Part shown: positions 14,053-28,827 of the stretch, piece by piece
Layout of the letters: each line of letters starts with the position of its first letter
Position numbering within the stretch: position 1 is the first letter of the stretch
Source of the DNA: Octopus vulgaris
Lineage: Eukaryota
DNA: 64,000 nucleotides
Direction of reading: 5' to 3'
Assembly (NCBI GenBank): GCA_951406725.2
Contig: OX597835.1
Location: forward strand, 25,358,001-25,422,000
The notes under the pieces: generated by a model
Databases searched by the model: none
The model's input: the letters and a program-made list of their open reading frames with translations, nothing else
Told to the model about the DNA's origin: nothing
Translations under genes and position numbers: made by a program

Positions 14053-14743
14053 CCCTTCAGCACTTAAACAGGTCCTATGAGGCCCAAATATTCAACCTGT
14101 TTTATGCTCAAATCAGCCAGATCCAGTCACTCACACCTACCCTACAATGTCGTTCTGAAAATAAACAATCCTACCTTTGGAATCTTGAAGCTATAAGGCA
14201 GTGCTTTTCAACACTTTTGCTGGAGCGGAACCCCAAGGAAACATTCTACTGGCTCGAGGAACCCCCGTGCAATAATTTAATAGTCTTATGCACACATATC
14301 TGCACAGGAGAATTAAAAATTACTGCCGATTTTAGCAGTTTTGTAACTTCTTGCGGAAACCCTGGACTGTACTGGCGGAACCCTGGTTGAAAACCACTGC
14401 TATAAGGTAATGCAATATGCCATGCTTGAGTAGAAGACCCATCAAGCCAAGTGACATCGTAGTCGTGGCAGATACTGGTGTCATGCAATTGACCCCCATG
14501 CCGGTGGCACATAAAAGCACCCATCACACTCTCAGAGTGGTTGGCATTAGGAAGGGCATTCAGCTGTGGAAACCATGCCAAATCAGACGAGTCTTGTGCA
14601 GCCCCCTCAGCTTATCAGCGCTGCTCAAACTGTCCAACTCCTGCCAGCATTGACAATGGGTGTTAAATGATGATGATGATTCGTTCAAGACAATGTGAAT
14701 AAATAAGCATTGCATTAGACAGAATAATCTGAATGCTGACGGG
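14053..14743. mobile_element. piggyBac MITE family 2 interrupted by a hAT MITE and a SINE fragment
   Basis: TTAA|CCCTTCAGCA...TGCTGACGGG|TTAA. The family body is split by inserts at 14199-14399 and about 14416-14680. Confidence 0.8.
14199..14399. mobile_element. hAT-superfamily MITE
   Basis: TIR CAGTGCTTTTCAAC...GTTGAAAACCACTG, with a perfect 8-bp TSD CTATAAGG at 14191-14198 and 14400-14407. Confidence 0.92.
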
Positions 14744-17700
14744 TTAAGAGAGATTTAGATATTTCTATTACATAGAACAACCCTGCAGAAGCCCTTCCTC
14801 TTTCTGATGGCTCATAGGAGAGGTTAGTTTGTAATTTAGTTGTAATTTGTCAGATGACTAATTCAGTTTGCTCCTCTCCCTCTTTCAGATTTGGGGGATA
14901 TGTTGGGTCGGTGACTAAATGCCGCTTTAATTTTCCATTTTTAGCTTGTCTTATTTATTTTAAGTTTTACGAGATTTTGTTTATTATTTTTGGTGCAAAC
15001 CAGCATCGATGTGGTATTGACTTGCCTACCAATAGACCAACTCAGATTAATATAATCTCTGAAGATTTCTACGTATTAATAATAGTTAGTTGTCTAATCT
15101 TTTTAACTGGAAAAAGAGAAAAAAAAGCCAATTTGCTATTAATGCTTGTCTTAGGCTGCTGCTGTTGCTAGGTGGTGTGTCATGGTTTTGGGTTAAATAT
15201 CCTAAATAAGGCAAAATAGGGCAGTAGTTTGTGGTGGAAGAGATCTGTCAAGTTTGCGTCACAGCTGACTTAGAAATTGCGCTATGTGAGTAAAAACAGT
15301 TGACTTAGAAACTGCACTATGTGACATGGGGAGGAATTCTTTCACTGTAAATCATTGCCATCCATTATAATTTCAACGTCCACTTTCCCTGCTCACATGG
15401 GTCACAAACTTTGTAGAGATGGATTTTTCCACAGCTTGATGCCCTTTCTGTTGCCAACCCTAGCAATGTTTTCACTGAAGATTGGAAATGAAGGACACTG
15501 CGACAAGCATGTGTGTGGTTGAAAATTTTACTAGGTTTGATCCCACTTTGTGTTGACTTTGAGCAAGTGCCTTCTACTGTTAGCCTTGGATAGGCCAATG
15601 CCTTGAGTGGAACTTGGTAGGTGGAAATTGTAGAAGCTCATCATGTGTGTTTGTGTGTGTGTATATCTATCTCTTTCTCTCCCTTTTTTGAAGAAATCAG
15701 TCATCACAAGAGGAATGAACTCTGTCAAGTTTATATATCTAAGAGAGCATATATCTGATGATACCTCTTTATATTGTAGCCATGGTAATATAGTTCAACA
15801 CATTCCTCATATGATAAAAATGATAAAGAAATTGTCTGCTGCCTCTGTCGACATTGAACAAAACCAAAACTAAACCAATTCACTTGTCTTTAACTGACAT
15901 ATTCCACTCAATTCCCACATGTGTAGAAAGTTAATAAGATATTGATGCTACATCTAAATAGACATGGAAACATTTTGATATGGTTTTTAATATTGTAATT
16001 TTGATGGCATCAGGTTTCCTCAATCACTTTGGTGGTTTGGTCATGGAATGTAATTTTTTTAATCATCTGATTACTTTCATCAGAGTTGTAATTGTACAAA
16101 CCCATTCACTTTTTGGCCTGATTATTCTTGTTTCAGTGACCAATCACAGGTTTTACGATAGACTGGTACCACATCCCAGAGGATATGTCTCAATCCTTTA
16201 GCATTTAAACTAGCAAGACACAATCATTTGGTAAGAACTGTGTGGTAGGAAGTTTCCTACTGAACCACATGCTTTCAGGTTCTGTCTCACTGTGTGGCAC
16301 TTGTGCAAGTGGTTTCTACTGTTGCTTCAGGCTAACCAAAGTCCTGTGAGTGAATTCAGTTGATGGAAACTGAAAGAAGCCTGTCATTGTGTGTGTGTGT
16401 GTTTTCACATTGCATATAAGTACAGATGCCTGATCAACTCTGACCGATGTAAGTTCTGTAAGAAGATTTGAACACTTCAAAGCAGGCAATAACCAGGGAC
16501 AGTCTTAGGTAGGTTGATATAAAAAAAAACCCCAAAAAACTCAAAGCTTATGATCGTGACAGCAGTGGAAATAGCTGTATCCAGCTGAAAGAGCTGAGGA
16601 TCTTTTTTAATCAGTGTGTGTGTTATGTAGACCCATTTTCTTTACAAGGTTAATATAGGTTTCTTTTCAGTAACATTTCACTAATTTTGTACATTAAAAG
16701 ATTTTTTTTTTACTATTTTAGAAACTTTGAGAGATACGAAATAAATCATTTCAATGGTGGAACTTGAATATTTAGAATATTGGATTTAAAAAAAAAAAAA
16801 CTTTAGATAAAAATAAGTCAGCTAAACAACAAAAGTAAGCTTTCCCTAGACAATCAAACCCAGGGAAAATAAAAATGAAAGTAACATCACTACAAGGTAT
16901 TAATGGAAAGCAGCTCATACATATATACATTATACTAAATGGTATGGATTTATAAAAAAGTACAAACCAAGAAAATCATAGTTCTGGAATTAAGCACATA
17001 CTACAAAAATTGGAGGGAAAAAATCTTTAGCTAAAAAGGGTTCATGCTGGGGCTTTAATAACTGCACCCAGCAAAATAAAATAAAACTGAACTGAACATA
17101 GCATAAGCATAACATGGCAAACTGGGCTGAATAAGAGGTGAATCTTTCAAATTATTCTTTGTGTGTGTTAATTAATTAATTATACATCCAGCTTCAGTTT
17201 GTATAGATCTTTGACATTCACTGTTCCATGTTTCACTACCATGTAGCATCTAGTCTCTTATACATCCTTGATATAATTCACTTGTAAAAGATAAAACATA
17301 TTGTGAAGGTGATTGTCCTAGTGGTTAATTGTTGCACTCGTGATTGTAAGATTGTGGTTTCAATTCCTAGCCCTGGTGGTGCATTGTGTTCTTCATTTTA
17401 CATTGATCCAGTTCACTTAGTTAAAAATGAGTTCCAGTAATAGCTGGGGACTTAACCATGTGACTGACTGGCATCGCATTCAGGGCTGGGGTGTGTTGTA
17501 ACTTCAGTCACTTCATATGCTTTAGAAAACATGAGTCATAGTGCTTATGACAGACCCAAGCCTCTACTCATTTATGTGGGTTAATGGAGTTTTTAGTTAA
17601 ATGTCCCTCAAACATCACCCTACCATTCTGGAAGAATGGATTAATACATTTAATTATAGAGTTCTGTATATATCGGAGAAAAGTACAGGTTGATCACAGC

Positions 17701-20700
17701 TGGAACATTGATTGATTGTTAAGAAAACTTTTAGTTTTAATCCTACAATAACCATCTGCTGCACTAATTATATAATTACTAAGGTAATAGAAATTTAAAA
17801 ATCACTATTGTGATCCACCTGAATAGTTCAGGAATTTCATGGTATTCTTACTATTAACCATTCCCTTTCTCTTTCAAAGTATCTACACCTCTAGTTGCCT
17901 GTCACTCTGACAGGAGATTAGGGCTGCAGTTCTTCAGTTTTGGAAATTTCTTGCAAGCACTGAGCATATGGTATTGAGTAGCCTTTCAGCTCCCTTATTA
18001 CATATCAAGTAAGGCCCTTTGTATATGAACTGGAAATTTTATGCTCCCTTGCTGCTTGTAACTGCAAAATATTTCTCTATTTCATTCTTGTCTCAGCTCA
18101 TCATCATCATCATCATCCTACTCTTTTAACATCCGTTTTCCATGCTGGCATGGGTTGAATGGTTTGACCAAAGCTAGCAAGCAGGAGAGCTGCACCAGTC
18201 TGATTTGGCTTAGTTTCTATGTCTGGATGTCCTTCCTAATGCCAACCAATTTACAGTGTGTGCTCTGTGCCTTTAATGTGGTGCTGGTACTTTGTAACCA
18301 CAAGAACAAAGATAGGTGAAAAAGTCACTCACTATCTTTAATTTGGGTTTCACACCTACTCTTAAATATGATCTAAAGTATATGATGATGGATACTTCAG
18401 GTGGCCACAATTGGTTTCTCTGAATAGTCACCAAAGTACTGTTTCTCAATAAGATTGTAGCTTGGAGATCAGGGAGTTTCTCCCAGTTGGTTTCTACTCC
18501 TCTGTATTGAGGAGTCACTGTTCCTGTATTGTGGCTATGCGGTTAAACTGTCTGAGAAATGAATTGCAGGACAGATTTCATAAGCAAGCCTAACCAGCAT
18601 GATAGCTTGTTAGATTATAAGTAAAATGACTAGATGATATCCAGTCTTGGCCTTGTTTGGGGACCCAGCCAGTGCATTTATTGATGGTTGCTCCTGATAG
18701 CATAAAACCCTCTGAGGGTGTGTCTGAAGACTCAGCCCCACAACTCACACAGGAATAGTGAGCCACGAAAAGAAACTTTGCTAGTATGGAATATGTAAAA
18801 ATGATTGACATGTTTGACCTTATGACAAATGTTTATGCAGTATGGATATACATTGTAAGTAGCTCCAAAACCAATGTGATAGTTTCTCTCATAAGAAGCA
18901 CTACTCACCTTGCCTGTGCTTGTACCATGAAAAAAAAGCACTAAGTCCACTCTGCTGAGTGGTTGGTGTTAGGAAGGGCATCCAGCTGTAAAAATCCTGC
19001 CAAAACAGTCACAGAAGTCTGGTGCAGGCTTTGGCCTGGCCGGCTCTTGTGGTACCATCCCACCCATGCTAGCATGGAAGACGGATGTTAAACGATGATG
19101 ATGATGTTTACAAATGAAGAAAAAATTGATCAAAATAATCCTTTCTACCGTAGTCAGAAAGCCTGAAATTGTTGGAGTGAGAAGGGCTACTCCATTACAT
19201 CGAACCCAGGGCTCAATTGATACGTATTTTTATTAACCTTCAAAAGATGGTGGGCGAAGTTGATCTCTGTGAGATTTGAACTCAGAATGCAAAGCTGTAA
19301 GAAATGCTGCTAAGCATTTTATCTGACATGCTAAGGACTCTGCCAGCTTGCTGCCTTTTCAAGCAAAATGATAATAAATACGATAAACAAACAACGCAAA
19401 AACAAACGAACATCAACAATGACCTGCATCTAGCCTCATTTAATTGACTGCAATCAACGTATGATAAGCTGGTTTCCTATGGAAAGGATTATAAACTGTT
19501 AGAATGATAGTTCAAGCATTAAACTTAACAGCACAGCCTACACTCAGTTACTGACAACACATATTTGATCATAACAGATAACTCGAATATTGTTGTTGTT
19601 GTTGGTGTTGGTGGTGGTGTTTGACTGAAATAGCTAATCTATAGTGGATAATCAGTAATTTAATAGCTGTGTTTCTTTTTATAGACATTACTATGCTGAA
19701 AATTGTTATCCACACCCTTTCCAGGTTGTTTGCTGTTTGTGTATTATGTAATATATACATACAAATAAATATGTGTGTGTGTGTATATATGTATATATAT
19801 ATACACACACACATGCTCACATGTAAATATATATGTACACACACACACACATGTGCGCACATACAAATTTATATCACTTATCTGAAGGTAGAAAATGAAA
19901 AACTAGTAATTGAAAATTTGTGAAGTTTCAGTTTTCAAAATAAAACAACTAATTGTTTATTATAATAATAATAATAATAATAATAAGGTGGTGAGCTGGC
20001 AGAATCATTAGCATGCTGGTTGAAATGCTTAGCGGCATTTCATCTGTCTTTACTTTCTGAGTTCAAATTCTCCTGAGGTTATTCATCCTTTTGGGGTTGA
20101 TAAAATAAATACCAGTAGAGTACTGGGGTTGATGTAGTTGACTTACCCCCTCCCACCAAATTGCCGACCTTGTGCCAAAATTTGAAATCATTGTTCCTCA
20201 TCATTTTAACATCCACTTTTCCAGGCTTTATATGGGTGACACTGAATTTATATACGAGTGAATTTGGTAGACAAACTGGAAGAAGTCAGTTGTGTGTGTG
20301 TTTTCCAACTGGTGTTGGTGTGTTTATGTCCCCATAACTTAGTGGTTCAGCAAAAGAAGCCAATTACCAACTGGTTAAGTACCAGGATCTATTAGTTTGA
20401 CTAAATTTCCTCAAAGTGGTGCCCCAGCATGGCCGTAGTCTGACTGAAACAAAGGATAAAGATATGGTGTCTTTCTTTCAGTTTCTGTCTACCAAATCCA
20501 CTCATGAGGCTTTGGGTGGCCCATGGTTATAACAAAAGACACTTGCTGTGTGGTGGTGGTAAAGGTAAAAACCTAAAGTTACCTTCTCGAGTCATGCTGG
20601 CTTCCTTGTTTTGTGGCGTATATATTCCCCCACCTGAACGGGACGCTGGTCTGTTGCATGGTTACTCATTTTTGCCAGCTGAGTGGACTGGAGTAGCCTG

Positions 20701-21165
20701 AAATTAAGCTAAATAAATTAACTTGAAATTCTGATGAAGGTTTTACCTCAGATCATTTCAAAATATAAATTTTGTGTTGTAGAACCAAGGGTAGTCTCAG
20801 GAAGGTTGGTATCAAGAGAGGTTAATGTCCTAGCCATTCTCTCAGCTCATATCTGTTCTGACAGCTATATATGTCTGGAATCATTCTTTAATAGATTTGT
20901 TGGTGTATCGGCATGATATAAACATGTCTTCATATCTATTTAGAAACAAAAAAAAAACAAAAAAATTTTTTCTTTCTCTTTTCATTTTTACATCCATTTA
21001 TTATTTTTTTTTATTGTTTGTAAGATTTGCTAAGGTAGTTTTGTTTAATGTAATTGTCTGCACAGCTTGATGGATTATCTTCCTACCATTGGCCACTCTG
21101 CTGTGAAGTCCAGATTCGAAGACTGTTTTAAGTTCATTAAGCAGGAATATATATTAATGATAGTG

Positions 21166-21380
21166 TTAACCTCCTTTATGACCAGGCATCTGTTAAAATA
21201 GACTGCCTTTGTTTCACTGAATTTTGGAAGTAATGAAAATTTCAGTAAAATAACTTGGTGTTTGGACCGTAACATAAAATTCCGATGGAAGGTTTTTTAA
21301 TTTAGATCACTTTAAAAACATGAAGTTTTGTATCATAAAACCAGTGGTGGTCTCAAGTGGGTTGGCATCAAAAGATTTAA
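21166..21380. mobile_element. Older diverged relative of piggyBac MITE family 1 (partial copy also at about 20715-20825)
   Basis: Collinear similarity to 43781-43999 (agtaaaataactt...tggaag(g/a)tttt...tttgta...gggttgg), bounded by ttaa. Confidence 0.55.
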
Positions 21381-21672
21381 TGTTCTATGTGCATCAGTTG
21401 CTGTGGCTTGTCTGGATTCAAAACTAGTTTCATTTTCTATTTCATCTATGGAAACATAAAATGTTCTTGGGTCTTTTATGAAATAGTAAATGATCAGGAC
21501 TCCTGAAATATTTCACTGCGAGTACTGTCTTACTCTTTTACTTGTTTCAGTCATTTGACTGCAGCCATGCTGGAGCACCACCTCGAAGGGCTTTAGTTGA
21601 ACAAATCAACCCCGGGACTTGGTGTATTTATGTTCCCATAAAAAAGCTGATAGAATAAGTACTTGGCTTTAA

Positions 21673-21892
21673 CCCTTTTGTTACCAACCCGGCTGAAACC
21701 GGCCCTGGCTCTGAGTACAAATGTTTTGTTTTCATAAGTTTTGAATTCAAATTTTCCACCAAACCTTAGTCACACTTTATGATCCTAACACCAGCTGAAA
21801 GATGACTAAGTTGTTTTACTAAATTGTTTGTTACATTTAAAGTAATTGAAAGAAACACAGAGCATCTCAAAATAAATACAGTAACGAAAGGG
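21673..21892. mobile_element. piggyBac MITE family 1 (about 220 bp)
   Basis: TTAA|CCCTTTTGTTAC...GTAACGAAAGGG|TTAA, the same termini as the 45488 element. Confidence 0.9.
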
Positions 21893-22947
21893 TTAAAAAC
21901 CAACGCTAGTTGTCAAGTGGTGATGGGAGGGACAGACACAAAGAGACACATACATATTCACACACACGATGGGCTTCTTTCAGTTTCTGTCTACCAAATC
22001 CACTCAGAAGGAAAAACTGCAGAGACTGGTGGGGTGAACTAGGAAGAAACCACAACCCATGGCTTGATGTTGCAGGAAGCAGCACTATTAAAGACATCTA
22101 GTTATCTTCTGGTCTGAATGCTTAGCGAAACCCTTGTGACAGGTGGTGGTGTTCAAATCAAGCAGTACATTAAGGCCAATACCACTTTGTCTATAAACCA
22201 ATTAACCATTTCCCCCCCTCTTTCTTTGGTATATTTGTGTTTCTAGCTATGATGTGATGATAATAATCATTGTTTTAACATCTACTTTACCATGCTTGAA
22301 TGAGTCTGAGGGTTTTTAGTGAGGCAGATTTTCTATGGCTGGATACCCTTCCTCTGCTTCCAAGCAAGATAATATTTCTTCATGGCTAAGCACTACTTGT
22401 ATGACAGTGATATTTACTTACAACTATCGGGCAATGTCAAGCGAAGGAGATGCACATGTGCACACGAAGTGGTTGGTGTTGGGAGGGGCATCTGACTGTG
22501 GAGGCTGTGCTGGAGCAGATATTGGAGCTTGATACAGTACTCTGACCTGTTGGATCCTATCAGCTGGCCCATGCTGGCATGGAATAAAGACACTACATGA
22601 TGATGATGATGATGATATATATTTGACTGGCTTCTTTCAGTTTTCTTCTATCCAATCCATTCACAAAGCTTTGATAGGCCAAGCTGCCATAGAATGGGAC
22701 TGAACCTGGAACCATGTAGTTGAGAAGCAAGCTTCTTAACCACACAGCCATGCTTGCAACCAGCAACTATCATCATCATCAAGTGTCCGTTTTCCATGCT
22801 GGTATGGGTTGGACGGTTTGACAGGAGCTGGCCAGCCAGTGGGCTGCACCAGGCTCCTAGTGCCTTTTGGCAAGGTATCTGCAGCTGGATGCCCTTCCTA
22901 ATGCCAACTACTTTATAGAGTGTACTGGGTGCTTTTTGTATTTTACC

Positions 22948-22982
<35 letters not shown>

Positions 22983-23469
22983 TATTAAATAACTCAGCAC
23001 AAGACTTAATCATTTTATGTTTGTATTGAACTTTTTAAAAACAAAGTGTATGTTAGATTGTGGAATTCATTGATTGATTTATCTATCCATCTATCTCAAT
23101 TTTTGGTGGGTGCTTGCTTTCTCTATTTTAATATCACCAACATTTCAGATATCAATATGTAAGCCAATAATAGAAAATATTTTTTTTCTATTATTATTAT
23201 TTGTTGTTATTGATCAGGAATGCCTATCATTTGAAAAGCCTGTGGCTAAGTCCTCAGCACCATGACAATAGTTCTTTAGCTATTGTAAATCATATTTGTA
23301 ATTTATCCTTTTTTAAATATTTTTTTCTAATATTCTCAAAATACAATAAAATAAAGTACATTACTGCTGGTTTTCTTGACATGAGATATGGCACAAGGTG
23401 AGCTTAAGTTTTTTTTGTTATCAGCCACTTGATACTGTCTCTAGTTCTGAGATGCAAAATATTCTGTGT

Positions 23470-23667
23470 AACCCTTTAGCATTCTTATTCACATCATTTT
23501 AAATTAATCATGCATTATTTCATAGCCTGGAGATTTTGATGTTTTGATTGCTTATTTGTAAAATGATGCTGTAGGGTAGGTGTGAAAGGCCAACTCTGAT
23601 GAGTTTGAAGATAAAACGGGTAGTATACTTGGGCTGGATATGACCAGTTTAAATGCTAAATGGTTAA
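23470..23667. mobile_element. piggyBac MITE family 2
   Basis: aaccctttagcatt...aaatgctaaatggttaa. Confidence 0.75.
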
Positions 23668-26546
23668 AGAAATCCTCGTTAAATTATTTTCCAAATGTCA
23701 GCTTAATAAAGGAAAAATTATCTCACTAAATTAAATCCTTTCCAAATCCCTTTCTTTTTCTCAAATTAATAGAAATATATTAGACAATATATTTTATGAG
23801 ACATGATCATAGAACTCAGTAACTATAGCTTTTATTTTGAGAATTTTTGGATTTGGTCTTTGAGCAAATTGTCGCACAGACAGATGGATGTCATTGTAAG
23901 GGTTAGTGATAATGAAAACTTTGTCTAACATTCCTTTGAGTTTAGTGCTGGACCATTTCCTTGCCATTCATGTAATGTTAACCAATGGGGGAATGTTTTA
24001 TATGTTGGAAAATATGTTTAAATGTTTAATATTTAAGGATGTTTTATTGAACCCAGTCAGTTGAATGGTTCAGATCAACTTTTGCCCTTCATCTGTCTGG
24101 GGTCCTTAAAGTATTACAGTTCAAGTACTTGGGTTGTATATTGAACTATATCCATCTCTTAAATGTGGGGTATTTGTGAATCAATGAAATCAGTAATTGG
24201 GGATGCTTATACAACACACACACACACACACACACATCATGTGAGGATGTTCTTGTGAGTTCTTTATACTCCTGTAAATAACCACTTTTTTCAGTTGGGT
24301 TTGTAAATCCTATGCCATTTGATACCATAGAAAGGATCCTTCTGAGACTTGAATTCAGAAAGTTTGAGTCCATAAATATTTTAATATGGCCCTTTTCTCT
24401 CGCCATCTCTACCTATCCCAATTCAGGCAATTATTTATTGTGACAGACTCGAAAGTTGTATGACATTTTCTTGAGAATAAATTTTCATTGTTTTTTGTTA
24501 AAGGAAAACACACACACACACACACACATTGCATAATTATGTTAGTGACAGTTTCTATCAGTGGAATGGTTTACAGACAGGATTCTTCTATTTGGTAGGA
24601 TTAAATTATTTAGTTGGTACTCATCTGAAGACTCAGACATTTGTTTTTTAAAAAGGCTTAAAAAAAATGACACTAATCTGATTATAGCATACACACACAC
24701 ACACAGTATGCTCAGTTGTGCAATGCATACCCTTTCGCATGCATGCACACTCATGCAGAACGCAGACTTGCACGCACGCATTCAGACAAGGAGAAAGATA
24801 GGATGAAATATCAATAAAAATTTTATGTTATTTAGAAGTAGTTTACATATTTTAAAAGAGCATGGCTTCTGTATTTTGGGTTAAAAATCAGATCTGTTTC
24901 GTTGTTGAAGTTTTAGATGTTATCTTTTAATCCATATTAACTGTCTGTGTGCGTTTCACAAAGAACAACAAACATATTAGAACCCCATTTCTTAATCTTT
25001 ATTCTTGTATATTACCGGATGGTTCCACCACAAATATTTCCATTTTAGTTATCTTTTAATCATTTCAGTCGCTGCATTGCAGCCATGCTGGGGTACTTCC
25101 TTGAAGGATTTAGTTGAACAAATTGATGCCAGTTGTAAAGCAGTGGGGAGGAGGACATGGACACACACATGTGTGTGTAATTTGCTAATGATTCTGCCAG
25201 CATCCACACAATTTCTTCATACCAACTTTCATCACAGGGCTTTATTTGGCCAGAGGCTCTTGTTGAAGACACTTGCCCAGAATGCCTTCATGACTTTTAA
25301 TATGGCAAACCTTTTAACCACAAAGCTTTTTATATACAAAAAAATAATTATAATATAAAGTATATTGTAGATAGAGTAGAATAGTGAGCTATCAAGTTAA
25401 GATACTGGACTGTCAACTGCAACACTGCCTGGCTTGAGCAATTGACCTGTTGTAAAGTTACCTATACTTAATATTTTCAGTGGGAGAAGTTGTAGAATTA
25501 GTTAGGAAGTCAAAAGAAATTGATTTTGATTTTTCTTCTTTTTCCTTCTTCCTCCTTTGAAATATGTTTCAAAATATTGATTTGTGTCACCCATTACGGG
25601 GCTGCTCTCTTCAGTCAGATCAATGAGAAAGAAGTTTAATTCAGCTCACTGGATACACCTTGCTGCTTCTGTCTGATGCTGCACCATCACGCTGTGTGTG
25701 CTGTGATGCTGTGTTTATACAGTCATAAGTGCAGTATTGCCATGTGATTGCAGCAAAAACTGGTATGGTGACTTTGGTAGTTTGAAATTGTTTTTTGTTG
25801 CGTCAACTCTGGTCGTGTACGACTATCAATGAACATAGTCCAGCCATGACCATCCTGTTTTTTCTGTACATTAATTAGTATGGTGTGAATTAAGAGACAC
25901 TTGACTGGGGCCTGACCCATGCTTCCATGGGTCAGGCACAATTTGTTGAGGCAGATTTTTTTACAGCTGGATGTCCTTCCTGTTACCAACCACCCGCCCA
26001 CCCGTTTCCAAGCAAGGCAGTATTTATCTATGGTTAGACATATTCTTATGGAAGACTGGAAACAAGCAACATTGCTTGTATGATGTTGATGCTTTTTTTT
26101 ACAAGCCTCACACGGGATCAAGACTAGTTGCACACATACACACACACTGGACTTCCTTCGGTTTCTGGCTAATAAATCCATTCACAGGGCTTTGATTGGC
26201 TTGGGGTTATAGTAGAAGATGCTAAACCTGAGACCACATGGTTGGGAGACAAGCTTCTCAATCACACAGCCTCATCTTGATCCTGTTATTGAGGGTATTT
26301 ATAGGTACAAGCATGGTTGTAAGGTTAAGACATTCACTTTGGAACTATGATTTTGGGTTCAGTCCCACTGCATGGCACCTGGGCAAGTGTCTTCCATTAT
26401 AGCTCTGAAGCAAGCAATGCCTTGTGGGTGATTTTGGTGACCTTGTTGCAGTGTGGTGGCCGTGTGCCTCAAAGACAGTGAGAGCAATGTGATGATGCCA
26501 TACTTTAAGATATCAATAAATCCTGAGAGTTGACTGTATTGTTTAA

Positions 26547-26836
26547 GCCTTTAGCATTTAGACCGGCCAAATCCAGCCCAAATATTCTACCAGTTTTATG
26601 TTGAAATTGGCCTCTCACACCCACCCTACAATTTAATTCTAAAAATAAACAATCACATCATCAAAATCTCAAAGCTACAAGATAATACAAAATGTGTGGT
26701 AAGAAGCTTGCTTCCCAACCACATGGTCCCAGGTTCAGTCCCACTGTGTGGCAATTTGGGCAAGTGTCTTCTACTATAGCTTCGGGCTATCTAAAGCCTT
26801 GTGAGTAGATTTGATAAATGTAAACTGAAAGCCCAT

Positions 26837-26870
<34 letters not shown>

Positions 26871-27159
26871 CGCGCACATGCATATATATATATATGTGTG
26901 TGTGTCTGTGTTTATCCCTGCTGCCATTGCTTAACAACCAGTGGTGGTGTGTTTATGCCCCCATAACTTAGTGCTTCAGCAAAAGAGACAATAGAATAAC
27001 TACTAAGCTTACAAAGAATAAATCCTGGGGTCAATTTCTTCAGCTAAAACCTTTTGGGGTGGTGCTCTAGCATGGCCACAGTCAAATGACAAAAACATGT
27101 AAAAGAACGAAAGAATAAGTAAGCATTACATGTGACTGAGTAATCTGAATGCTAAAGGG
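26547..27159. mobile_element. piggyBac MITE family 2 interrupted by a CORE-type SINE (about 26693-27115)
   Basis: ttaa-gcctttagcattt...aatctgaatgctaaaggg. The SINE body lies between the two halves. Confidence 0.75.
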
Positions 27160-27204
27160 CTAAGACTAAGTAAGTCTTTCATTGTGAATTTTATTATATA
27201 GATG

Positions 27205-27605
27205 TAGGCATGGCTGTGTGGTAAGACGCTTGCTTCTCAACCTCATGGCTCCGGGTTCAGTCCCACTGTGTGGCACCTTGGAAAGCGTTTTCTATAGCCT
27301 CAGGGTGACCAAAGCCTTGTGAGTGGATTTGGTAGACGGGAACTGGAAGAAGCCCATCGTGTGTGTGTATATATATATATATGCATATATTTGTGTGTCT
27401 GTGTTTGTTTCCCCCACCAAGACTTCACAACAGATGTTGATGTGAATATGTCTCTGTAACTTAGTGGTTCAGCAGAAGAGAACCAATAAAATAGAAGTAC
27501 TGGGGCTTACAAAGAATAAAACCTGGGGTTGGTTTCTTCAACTAATACCCTTTAAGGTGATGCTCCAGCATGGCCACAGTCAAATGACTAAACCGAGTAA
27601 AAGAA
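27205..27605 (+). mobile_element. SINE family B
   Basis: ggctgtgtggtaag...gggttcagtcccactg...ccaaagccttgtgagtggatttggtagac...ctccagcatggcc. Confidence 0.82.
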
Positions 27606-28827
27606 AAAAAAAGCAAGTAGAAGGAAGTCATTGGACATACCCATTTTTCTCTCCACTTCTGTCCATTGCTTATATTTCTCACTTGCACAGATGCGTACCA
27701 CATTTGGTGGTAGGTCTAACATACCATTCAGTTTAACCACTACCTTAGTTATTTGTATTTCTTTGAGCATGTTACACTCCAGCTTTGTTGTGATTCATCT
27801 ATGTTGGATGAAAGGAGACAGGTTAAAGTATAATAAGCAAAAACTGTAATTTATTGCTGTAGTTGTTGCTTTTGATGAGGGCTTTCATTGTAAAGAGCTG
27901 TAGTATGCTGTGGTCTGCATAGATGTTTCTAACCCACCTGGAGATCCATTGAGGTGGTCCTTTCTTATTGTTGTGAACACTTCAAAAATCACATTTTATA
28001 AACTGTGGATTGTCGTCAGAAATGGTTCTATTTGAAATTCTCCATAGCTGTGTGATTCAGAAGGTCGCTTTGTAATCTCATGGCTTTGGGTTCACATCTA
28101 TTGCACAGCATCTACCATGACTTCAAGCTGACCAATGCTTTGTGAGTGAATTTGGTAGATGAAAACTGTGAAAGATTATTGCGTGTGTGTGTTTCTGTTT
28201 GTGGTTGGTTCTTTCTACTGCTTGACAACTGATGTTGGTTTGTTTACATCCCCTGTAATGTAGCAGTTTCGCAAAAGAGACACACACACAAGGTGCCATG
28301 CAGTGAGACTCCACCCGTGACCAAGTGGTTGGGAAGCAAGCATTTTACCACACAGCCATGCCTGTGCCTATATATATATATAAATAATTTCTTCATTTTT
28401 AACTATATTTTTGTTGATGTTGGGCTGTTCTTCTTTTCTACTTTAATGTTTCTTAGTTTTTCTGTTGTTTTTCTTTCCATTCCAATGTAACACTCATAGT
28501 GGTAATGCACTTTTGTTCTTAGCACAAAATAGACGACAATTTTATTTCCCCATAGAACAAAACTTCATTTCTCTTAGACTCTTGTTTTATGGGCAAATAA
28601 ATTGAAGCAGCTGAATATTTCATTTACCAATTCATGCTTTTCCTGATACTGGAGTAGTTGAGACTTCCTTTGAACATTTTCACAAATTATCTGCTTTTTT
28701 AAAACATTTTGGCTTTTTGGATTGCATCTGCAGTTACAAAATTGACATAGCATTCACAATAGCCACACATGTGCCCATAATAGAAAGAAATTATTATTAT
28801 TATTATTAAAATTATCATCATTATTAT

